DNA of 63,878 nucleotides, the filler included, from Sluysia triapertura (taxonomy: Eukaryota), in assembly GCA_046118255.1 (NCBI GenBank). It is 5 parts of 5 records of this genome, joined end to end, with 100 filler letters (N's around TTAATTAATTAA, not from the genome) between each part and the next. Parts side by side here need not be neighbours in the genome. Positions count along the whole stretch, not along the records: positions 52,988 to 63,878 come from JBJNIA010191896.1; 4 more parts are not named here. One strand, given 5' to 3'. The notes beneath the pieces are model-generated. The model did not search any database and was not told the origin of the DNA. It saw only the letters and a program-made list of their open reading frames with translations. Below are positions 52,988 through 63,878 of the stretch, piece by piece. The position numbers and the translations under genes are program-made. Position 1 is the stretch's first letter, and each line of letters starts with the position of its first letter.

Positions 52988-53193
52988 TCCAGGTGCAACC
53001 TTGGCAACTATGAATATCTATGTTTTGTACATATGTTATATTCAAATGACATGTATGTAGGGATGATTTTATTATTAATTTTCATTTTGATGTATTGTAT
53101 ACATTTAATCATTAATAAATTATGTTTGATGTATCAAAACTGCTTTTTTTGTTCAGATTTTTAACACAGCAACACGTGAACGTGTACAGCTAG
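52988..53193 (+). mobile_element. Helitron 3' terminus
   Basis: Hairpin acacg-tgaa-cgtgt followed by acag-CTAG then T, the canonical Helitron 3' end. Confidence 0.55.
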
Positions 53194-53788
53194 TTTAATA
53201 TATAAATAAGTTTTGTCAGTGTAATATATGAAATACTTTGTATGTAACAACTTAGTTTATTTTAGAGTAATTATTTACAATATAAATTAAACAAAGTTAA
53301 AAATGAAATTATGGTTATTAAAATGTATTAGTGTTTAATAATACTGTCATATGATATTGTAAATTACAATTTTTTATATTGAAATTCAGACGTTCGATTT
53401 TTATAGCCTAGATAAGTTTTGATTAAATTACTATTTATAATTTTAATAATTACAGTTTATTACGACAATCACAAATTGATATGTACTACTAGTAAATGAA
53501 TACTGCTATTAATTATTAACATATATATGTATGTATTAATACATACTTATTTCTAGCACGTAATTTTTATCTTAATTCCAAATTATTTTAATTTATTGTA
53601 TATGATTTTTTTAAATAATTAGAAGCTTTGAGTTAAGTGTGCAAGTACACATACGTGATCTATGTTGCATTTAATAAATTAAATGTTAATATTTAATTTT
53701 TCAACTAAAATATGTAAATTTTGTTTAGTGCAATAAACTTTTTTTGATCTTTTAACCAAACTTCAAGAAATTTGTTTACAGCCTAAGT

Positions 53789-55450
53789 CAGGGGTATGTG
53801 GGGCCGGATTGCATGTTTTGAGAGAGTGCCGGCCGGAGGGGTTCTTAAAAATATTATAAGGAAAAGCTTATCAAACAGCATTTTTTCAAACCGCTTAAAA
53901 TCAATAAAATCATGAAGATTCATCAAAATACTTTAGTTCTACATACAATAATCAAATAATTGGTAAAAAAATTTTTGTATTTTAAAATCTTTTGTATTCA
54001 AAAATCCGAAATTTGATGTTTTTTGTCACCTGAAAGCTTCTCAATATTGGGTGTTAGGCTTGTCGATGCCAACGGCAAAACATTATTAAAATTGCTATCG
54101 GTTAATCTTGTTCTCAAATTGTTTTTAGTATATTTCAATTTTGAAAATAATTACTCACATTAGTAAGTACTTCCAAACAAAGATGTCCTCTTTTTTGCGT
54201 GGTTCACTAGGTTAGGATACTTCCCATTAGAATAAATGTATTTTGTATAAAAATCAGGCAAAGAAACATCGTCCAGGTGAAATTTTAATTTCAATTAACT
54301 CCATTTGAATACAATGCATACTTCCACATCAAAAGGATTAGCAAAATGCTTGAATTCATCTTCGTTTAAGCGAAAGTCAGTAAAACGAGATGAGAACTCA
54401 TTCTTCAGATATTTGATCATATTCACAAATATTTCTGGATTTTGTGGTTTGTATTCTTGAAGGGATGGAAAATGTGCATAATTCCCACAGGTATAGTTTT
54501 ATTTCAAATTCAAGAATATGACCAAACATTTCATTTATAAGTTTTACCTAGCAAGTGTAAATTCAAGTTATTTAAATGACTTGTAAAGTTCACAAGAAAC
54601 GCCAAAGATCGCGAAAATGTGATGTATCCACAGATTTGCTTTGAAGGAAAATTATAATTTCATTATGTAATTTTAATATTATTTTTAGCATTGAACCTTT
54701 GATTAGCCAGCGAACATTAGAAAAATAGACTAAGTTTCCAAATTCAGCCTCTGTATTCACGAAAATTGCCTAAATAGGCCATCATTTAATCCACGATATA
54801 AATCAGATTAACAACTTTCACAACAATGTCTTCATTTTCATAAGGCTTGATGAATAATACAATGAATTTTCACCAGCTTCTGTGGAATTCCAAGATTTTC
54901 TATGTGTTCCTGTAAGAGTGCAACAAAGCCTTTATTTCCCGCCATTGTCGGTGCTCAATCAGTTGTGATGCCAATTAGTTTATATATAAGTTAATTTTGG
55001 ATATCATATTAATCACTATTTCAAAGATGTCTGCTCCAGTAACTGTATCCTTCGAATGAATTAACTGAATAAATTCTTCAAAAACATGGAAACTCGAACT
55101 TCTCTCACGAATACTGTAAGCTGGGGGATGTATTTAAGTCTGTACTCTCATCAACTACAATTGAAAAATGTTGTAATTCGCTGCAAGCGTTCATTAAACA
55201 ATTTTTAACATCTTCATGCGTCGTGTGACAGTCCTTCCAGATAGACTTATGGAAGAAAATCATGACTTTTTTCTGGGCAATGTCCACCACTACCATTAAA
55301 CATTATTTAACAAATTTACCATCCATAAACGGTTTCATCTTTTCAGCGATAAGTCTTGACACTTCATAGCTTGCACGTGTATTAGCACGTGTATTAGCAC
55401 GTGTATATATGCTCTAGTTTCTTTCATACATTAACATCTCCGTGTAACAA
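53789..55450 (-). mobile_element. hAT (Buster/SPIN, GTF2IRD2-like) transposase remnant
   Basis: CAGGGGT terminus; minus translation FSIVVDESTD, HCIIHQ, VRWL, AHFPSL, LFGSTY*CE..FSKLKY and RTRLTD. Confidence 0.85.
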
Positions 55451-57895
55451 TTTAAGTGCCATGTTTTACCTTCCTTTTTTCACAATAGAATTTCGAAATT
55501 TTATCTAAATATAAAATATTTCATTTGGATTTTTTTGATCCACGAAAATTTCATTTCAAGATACAAACAAAATCTACTCCGCTTGATTGTCAAACCGTCA
55601 TTATTTTTTCTATAAAATAACCTAAGTTATAATAGAATTAATTGTAATTAATTATCTGAGAATTAATTATAAATTAATAATTGTAAAATAATAAAATAAA
55701 ATTTTGTAAAGTGATGAAGCAAATAAAACTAATCTTAACACTAAACGTACCACGACCGGTTTTTACTTAAAAAATACTATGAATTCGTATTTTTTTAAAC
55801 CATTTTATAATCTGAATTTTAATTTTGTATATAATTTTAGTTTTAATTAGTTTTAATTACATAAGTACCGGTCAAATAACCGGTGATGGTATGAATAAGT
55901 ATACTTTTGCATATTTAATAATTTTAAAATAAACAGTAAGGTAAGCGGAGATCAAAACAAAAATAAAATGCAGGAAACATTGATTTTTTAACTCGCTATA
56001 TCTAATTGGAAAGTTAAAAAGAGTAAGCACCTTATGTCAAATTTCGAAAAAAAGAACCTTGTGGTTTTAATTTTGAAGTTAATCTTTTTATTTTTATTAT
56101 CCTTTACTTCCTCTTGCCTTCTGCTTAGAGTTGTTTCAGTGTAATAAAGACATTTTCGTAAATTTTAACCAATTGTAAATTTCGAATATGAGCATTTCTT
56201 GATTTATTCTTTTTAATTTAAAAGATATGTTATACTAGTCTTAGGGTTAGAATAAAATAACGAGTGAGATCATTCTAAATATATTTATAAATTAAAATTG
56301 AATAAAAAGTAAGACTCTCAAAAGAATAAATATTGAGGTTAAATACGTAAGTGAAATTTTGCAAATAAATAAAGAATGTTGAGTTGAATATAGATTGTAC
56401 ATTAGGATTTTTACTGATAGTTACAGGAACACCAATTCTACGTTTTCTATTTTATTTTGCGGTAGGTTAAGTGTTAGGAAAACCACACAAAAGTCGAAGT
56501 TTAATGCTCTTTTTGTAAAAGTAGAATAAGAGAAAGGATATCTCGTCGAATGAGTTAGGCGATATCCACCTAAGTGCAAAAGTTTTAAGAGTTGAATTTT
56601 AAAATTTCTGATTAACGCGACTTGTATTTTAGGTAGACTTGAAGTAGTCGATGAATGTGACAAAATTAAAGACTATGTTAAAGAAGTATGTAAAATCATT
56701 CTTATTAAAAGTTTTTATTGCACACATTCAGTTTGAATAATATCTAAATTTAGCTGAATTTTTATTTTATATTGATTCTAATATATTAGTTATACAACTT
56801 AAATTGACATAGCTTCAAAGTTTATGTTGACAATGATCAGTAATTCAGTTTTAATTTAATGTTAGAATTGATATTAAAATTTTGTATATAACAAATACTT
56901 CAAATAACTTGAATGTTTCGGTCTCTAAAATATTGAAAATAGTTTTTTCGTGAATATTTTCTTAATTTTATTCTATAATATTTTTTTACAGTTAATTTAT
57001 TAGTAATTCATTAATTTACAGTTAATGAATTTTAGTATGGTCAATTTCATTTCATAGTTAATTGTGTATACACATGATCTTAATGTCTTTGTTACTATAC
57101 GACCATTTTGATCACAATTTATTTATTTACATATTCCTGTGTAAGATTTGCTTTACTTGTGATTTTTGTTCTTTCAACATTCCTTTTGGATTCCTAATTG
57201 TTTTTGTTTCCTAATCAAATGTCTAGAGTTTCCATCTATATTCGCGACATCCTGCTTATTACTTTCTCGTTTTTTGATGTTTATTTTCAAAATATTTTGT
57301 TACATATCTTGACTAATTAAAGCATTTTTAAGAATATTGAGTAAAATAGTAAATTCCAATCAATTTTTATATTTATTTAATTCACTAGATTATTTTAAAA
57401 ACATTTTAGACGAATTCTTTATATTTTAAATTAGGTTTATACTTTTTAGAAAACATTAGATCTTATAATGTTTTAGACGTGTTTGTAGATGATATAAGAA
57501 CCAAACATCACTTTAAAAAGGATTAATCTAAACAAAACTAGCAAACCTTGCAATAGTGATTTTTTCTTTTAAGGTTTTCATTTAATTTATTAAATTTATT
57601 CAAAAAATCTTATGATTTTAAGAACAAGTACAAATCAATCATAATTTTAAAAAGCTTATAGTAATTTTAAATACTTTTACTATAAACGTATGCCTACTTT
57701 TAAGTGAAACGGTTTTAGCATGGATGGGTTTTGTGTAATACTAATTAATCAGTTTATATAAAGAATAAAATGACATTACAGTTACCATAACGAAACATTG
57801 CACAAAAAATATAAGAGATTCAAATATAATATTTTTTAAGTTCAGTTTTATTCAATGTCTAAAATTAATTAAACTTATTTTAAATTTAATTACAG

Positions 57896-58078
57896 GGATT
57901 TAAAATATTAATTGAAAGAGAATGGATTCAATTTGGTCATAAATTTTTCGATCGTTGTTGTATTAGTCGTTCATTTGATAGTAAGGAACGAAGTCCGGTT
58001 TTTGTTCAATGGCTTGATTGTATTCATCAATTAATGCAACAATTTCCTACACAATTTGAATTCAATGAAACATTCCTG
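57896..58078 (+). CDS. Myotubularin-related protein MTMR3/4-like exon
   Basis: ttacag acceptor; GFKILIEREWIQFGHKFFDRC...ERSPVFVQWLDCIHQLMQQFPTQFEFNETFL; GT donor, phase 0. QWLDC is characteristic of MTMR3/4. Confidence 0.9.
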
Positions 58079-59044
58079 GTTATTTTAAAATGCATAATTT
58101 AAATATTTAATGATTTAATGATATTAATAAGGTACAAAGCCTTTATTAAAAAACTTTATATATCGTAGTAAAAACAATGCACATATCTTATGTACATAAG
58201 CTTTATTATTTAAGTATTACTCATTACTTTTAATCAGGTTATAAAAATATGACAAAACTATGTTTTTTAAAAATACCAAGATAATATAATTTATTTGAAT
58301 TTAATTATATGTTTTACTTTTAACAAAACGTTCGTCATATTTCTACGATATGCCTTACAAGTAGTGTTTAAAAGCTTCTTACTCAGACGTTAGTTTACAT
58401 TTATGCTGTTAGTGGCGACAAATGATACACTAAATGACGATTACAATAAATTTTATTTGAGCATTTGTCGCTGAATTTGTTTTTTAAGTTACATATTTCA
58501 CAATGAATTAGTTTGAATTCTGCATCTGCTATTTAATTTTTATTTTTTATAAGTCAAATAGAAAATTTAAATTCTTAAGCGTTCTCGATGTCTCAGTTAA
58601 ATTGAATTTTATCTGTTTGACAAGGAACATCTATCGTAAACAATTTTTGTGTAACTCTTTTCTTTATGGATTTTGCCTAATGACATTTGTTAGAATAAAT
58701 TCCGATCATGAATTATACGATAAACTTGTTCAAAAATTTCAGAAATATCTATCAAATTAGAGCTTCAAATTTTGAGGATATGGAAATTCAAAAAATATCT
58801 GTATTTTTAAAAATCGAATTCTTTAATTCTTTTTTTTAATTTATTACCACAAATCCACTAATTAGACTGCAATTCTTTTTTATTTAGTTTTTTAAAAAAA
58901 TTATATGTATAACTATGTTTACTAAATTTATACCCGGATTATTTTCCTTAAATAATACTTGTTTGATTTATATTTAAATTATATGTATGATAGGTTTTCA
59001 AACACTATTATATTAAAACTTTACTTAAAATTACTTTCTTTAAG

Positions 59045-60361
59045 ATTAAACTTTCAATTCACGTCCATTCTGGTTTATTTGTCGATTTTCTTTATAATTC
59101 CGAAGAAGAGCGTTATCAATCACGTCAAAATACAGTATCGATTTGGTCATATCTAAATAAAAATGATCTATTAATTAATCCTCTTTATTGTAAAGGTGTT
59201 TCTTCTCACAAAGACAATATAATTACTCCTAAATATCAGACCAGGTACTTACAGCCATGGAATCGATTGTTTTTCGAATCACTTAACAATGATGAATCCC
59301 AGAAACTTTTCTCATTAGATTATGCCGTTCGAACTCAGAATTTAACCAGCTTGCAAAATAATTCTATTGATGATGTTCACGAAGAATTTGTAGATCCAAA
59401 TCCGAAAAGTCTCGATATTAATAACGTTGATTCCATATCAGTTAATAGTATTCGTAAAGTTAAATCTGCCATTAACTTATCACCTAATTATATGTTGAGT
59501 GGATGCGATACAGCATCCAATGATTTAGAATTAACAAATCATTTTGATACAATAGATTACAATGTATCTAATACAAAATTACCAAACGTATCACCTAAAT
59601 ATGTGACAGCTAATCGCAAAATACATTCTATAGTTAGTGGAAGTGATATCAAATATTCAGAAAGTTGTCGAAATTCAGTTACCTCGTTAAAAACAGGATC
59701 CGCTCAGTTTATTAATCAACATGTACCTTCTCAACCAGCACCAGCATTAAAGGTGACATCTCAACAAAACTGTAATTTTATGATTGAAATAAATCACAAT
59801 TGTAATGGTGTCTTATCAAGAGAAAATGTTAGGAGCAATTGCAATGGTATTGTAAATAGTAACGAATATAGTGATAACTGCAATAGTGAAGGTATTCATA
59901 TTCAAGCTAATTTGAATGGTTCGTATCAATCTACGGAACTTTATCCATATTTATCATCTAGCAATAATTCTGTAGAAAATTGTAATAATTTTACTCCGAT
60001 TAGTTCTTTTAGTAATAAAGACAATAAAAATCACGCTGGAAATTATTTCCAAATTCATAATTTTGATGATCCAATCGATGATAACCGCATACCACATTCT
60101 CCAATTCCATCTCCAAATTCTTCATTCTGTAATTCTCTGAGTTCTCACCTAAATAAATCAAGTGAAAATGTATTTATGCATGATGCTTATTCTAATGAAT
60201 TTATTCCATGTGATTTCGATGGTATTTTTAATAATCCAGAACCAATAAATGTTCTAGCAAAATATTGGAACAAACTGATTTCAGAGAAAAATGAACGAAT
60301 TTGTAGTCTCAGAAGTAATCGGAATCTATTTGAACAAGATTCTATTTCTTTCAAGTTTAAT
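59045..60361 (+). CDS. MTMR3/4-like large exon (end of phosphatase domain plus low-complexity linker)
   Basis: ttaag acceptor, phase 0; IKLSIHVHSGLFVDFLYNSEEER...TVSIWSYL...NPLY...LQPW is in frame with ORF 59267-60382; GTAAGT donor at 60362. Confidence 0.85.
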
Positions 60362-61619
60362 GTAAGTATTATCATATTGTGATAATTAGTTAATTATGGC
60401 ATTTCATTTTTTGTTCTTCTGCTATTTCTGATTTCGTTTTTGCAGGATTTATATTATAAGCCATGTATCTTAAAAATAAAATGGTTTTATAATTTAAAAA
60501 ATTTATAGAAATTTTTTTATTCCAAATTATTAAATATACGTTAATGTATTATTACGAAACGAAACCAAATAAAGTTAATATATACTTTAACACAAAGTTT
60601 CTTATTTATGTGCTTATTTAAATTTGTAATTTTAATAGTGGTAAATAAATGCGTAAAAAGACAATCGCTTTTATGAATTATTTGATGGATTGTTTCAATA
60701 TATCTTTAATTAAGAATAATAAAGCAAAACAAAATTGACAACATAGAGCTTTATCAATTTTTAAAACAGATTTTCCAAATTTTGTATATCATTTTTTTGG
60801 ATGTGTATGCAGGTAGCAAATAGTTGGAAAAGATTCGTTTAATAGCTTTGTCATTCGTGAACCATTTGCTAACTATATATCATTATAAATTTAAGTAATT
60901 CATGTGGCTAAGATTGTGTCAATTAGGTGGAAAAATTCTGGGTTTTATTTCTTTATATTTTTTTCGTTTCATTTTTGAAACATGTAAATAAGTGCTTTCT
61001 TATACAAATAGTCATTGTGCCTCTAGAAATTTTTGGTACTTTAATATTGTTAAGCGAATTATTTTTTTACGTGCATCAAAAGTCGATTGAGACTAATAAA
61101 TATTGGAACACTTGCAAGTTGAGAGATTTTTTAGAGTAATATTTTTGTGTTAAATAATTTTTCATTCACATAATTTAAACCTTCAGTTCAATCACTTAAA
61201 ATACATATGATTCGCACTCAGAAATAGCATTTATCTGAAGAGTTAAAATATGTGCATCCATATTTAATATGTGCATCCATTCAAAAATTATGTACATTCA
61301 ATAACTCTTCACATTTACCGTGTTTCCGCTATATTAATTTTCACTCCAAATTATGACACTAGGACTTTTTTTGGGGTTTCCTATTTTCAACTATCGAAAA
61401 ACAAAGTTACAAAGTAGAGAATTATGATAGATAGTTTCTACCAGATGGTCTAATTATTTCGTATTTTTTCTCCTGGAATGCAGATAATTAAAAGCTGTTC
61501 ATGCAACTTTTTGCAATCTTTAGTTGATTATTTATAAATTTCATTTAAAATTTAAACGTGTTTCTGTGACAATGAACATTCTTTAATTTAACTAATTTTC
61601 ATTATTTTAAGTCCTTCTC

Positions 61620-61900
61620 ATAGATATTGTGCGGCAAAGGAGAAATGCTTTGATAATTGCTAATAAAATTTTACTTACAGGATTGTCTGAATGTGAATCA
61701 TAATCAGAACCTATTATAGTCATTCACATTCAAAAAGTGAACCAGTATGATTTAGCAACGAAAGTATCTCAGAATGTTTTTTAATTTAAAGCCAATTGTG
61801 CTTTAAATGCAGAAGTATATGCTAAAGAATGCATTGAACGCCATCTCAGATCATTCATTAACTTTTATTAGTTATCCTAATCGGCTATCAACCACGTTTA
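61620..61900 (+). mobile_element. Tc1/mariner transposase remnant
   Basis: ALNAEVYAKECIERHLRSFI resembles the IN.E.Y..ECL..RL.PFI motif. Confidence 0.45.
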
Positions 61901-63803
61901 TTTTAGGGATAGGTCTGAAATTAAAATCATCTTGAAACATACTAGGTCTTATAATTAATTATAAATTAATTTCAAGTTTCAATTACATAACTTATAATAC
62001 CTTTTGAATTAATTTCGCTATAATTTTTTTGCTTAATTCTTTAGCATCACATTTTCCTTATAAGTATAAGGTTAAAGAAGGTAAACTTGAACAATCTGAT
62101 ATTCCGCTCTTGAAAATTTATGTTTTAAATTTAAGTTATATGTTAATATATAAAGAATTGGTGTGCGTAATGAACTCTTGATTTTTTTTTAATTTTTAAT
62201 TTTTTTTGATTTAATTTTTTATTCTTTAATAATGGTCTAAAACTTTAAAAATACTCGTACTTTATAATTATACTTGAATTTAACTGGGAATACAATCTTT
62301 ATCAATAAAAATTCTTCGTATTAGCTTAATCTGCAATTATTATTCGTGCTATCTATCTAGAAGTGTGAAATCGAATACTCGAAATGGAAGTGCTTAATAG
62401 AGATTTCAATTCTTTAGAATTTACCTAATTAAGTTTCTAAACACTTGTTTCTAGTATTTTCTGACTATTTTCTGACATTTAATATTTCAATTTTATTGAT
62501 TATAATTCCAACCCATTTTGCTTTATATTATGTGCAAATGAAATACAGAAAAATAGTGAATATTTATTAAATTTTAAATTACACAAAACTTTAATTTTAC
62601 TTTAATCAACATGTAACAAAAAATTCACTTATATGACTGTAAATATTACTTGAATAATAACAAAGTTTCTCGAAATGTCCTCGAATTTTCAATAGTCTGG
62701 TGATATTATCGTTGCTGATTTAATTGATCAAATATTTTGAATAACAAAGTTTCTTGAAATTTCATTGATTTTTCAAGTCTCGCTGATTTTATTTTATTTT
62801 TATAGAAAAAATTTAGTATACTTATATCCGATTATCAGTAAACGATATAAATAATATAAACGATATTATTAGTATTGCTATTTAAAATTATTAGCAGAAA
62901 TACAATAGTTGTGTATTATTAACAGTAGTTGTATATTAGTAACTATATTCATTAAGTAATATAAACAGTAATAATCATGACAGTAGTATTTATTCACATT
63001 CAGTTGTTAAGAGTATTTATACAATAATTGTAATTAACAATAAAATTTACAATATTACCAAAATTAGATTTCACTAAACAAAATTTAAATGAACATAATT
63101 TACGTTTTAATGAATATTACAAATATTACTTTATTTGAAACTAAAAATTTAAATGATTAGAATTTAAATGAATATTAAAAATTACATTAAAATTTAGATG
63201 ATTTTGATTAAAATTTTAGATAAATATGATGTTTAAAATTTAAATTTGAAATACTCATTAGTTTATAATTTTTAGATTATTTTAACATTATTTTAGAGTA
63301 AAAATGAGTATTTTATAAAATGAATATTTATAATATTACATATAGATACGGATATTGAGATTCACTTCATAACTTACAAGTTTATTAATCTCAAAATCAT
63401 AGCAACAGTCAAAACCATTAAATAGAGATCATTTACAACCTCAAACTTATCACTATTCTCATAACTTATCACTCTACGTCTTACATATCCTTCTAAATAT
63501 TTAGTATCATATTAAACTTTTACAAGTTGTTTAAATTAAAGATTTCTGTAACCTTGTGGTAAACAACAACATATTTTACATTTAATGAAATTAAAACTTA
63601 GGCAAAATTTAATATATTATGATATATTATATTTATATCTTTTATTAAATACTTAAAATAAAACCAAATAATTCAAAAATAGAAAGAAATTTGTTTTCAT
63701 CTTTAATATAGTTTAATTCATTTTAATTCATTAAGATAAGATTTTATAAGACTTTTTAATAAATTACGAAGATATAAGTCTTATTTCATAATTATTTCTT
63801 TAA

Positions 63804-63804
<1 letters not shown>

Positions 63805-63856
<52 letters not shown>

Positions 63857-63878
63857 TAATAATAATAATAATAATAAT
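63805..63878. repeat. (AAT)n microsatellite
   Basis: Directly visible. Confidence 0.95.

Noticed and set aside
55373-55406. Triple gcacgtgtatta repeat as an E-box cluster or CRISPR-like array
   Set aside because: Simple tandem 12-mer duplication inside the dead hAT coding region, with no spacers.
58959-59156. 65-aa ORF
   Set aside because: Off-frame overlap of the MTMR3/4-like exon that starts at 59045.

Overview
Very AT-rich, intron-rich, (AAT)n-laden eukaryotic DNA. The style suggests an invertebrate such as a planarian flatworm, but that is inference. The window is not contiguous: four artificial 100-nt linkers (N44-TTAATTAATTAA-N44) join five scaffolds (1-11673, 11774-23138, 23239-37606, 37707-52887, 52988-63878). 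Host exons recognised by translation are a DNMBP/Tuba-like terminal SH3 exon, an MTMR10/11/12-like terminal exon, two RNF217-like RBR ligase exons, a COG5 exon, two MTMR3/4-like exons and a signal-peptide first exon. Much of the rest is decayed transposons: Polinton/Maverick-type PolB, Gypsy gag and pol, Helitron, Tc1/mariner, hAT, MITEs and a tRNA-like head. Two observations stand out. (1) A dispersed, unclassified ~2.3-2.6 kb element family has four partial copies on two scaffolds, two of them head-to-head. It has a TGTGGTGGYCAAC terminus, a covarying hairpin, two GATTGG-ACGT-CCAATC palindromes ~50 bp apart, and a decayed ORF ending in a C-x9-C-x6-C-x3-H (CCCH) zinc finger, with no transposase or RT visible. 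(2) A chimeric stretch of captured host gene pieces (an AP-3 beta exon fused in frame to an intronless ACBD6) lies next to a Gypsy gag fragment. All homology calls are from by-eye translation and remembered family motifs, not database searches.
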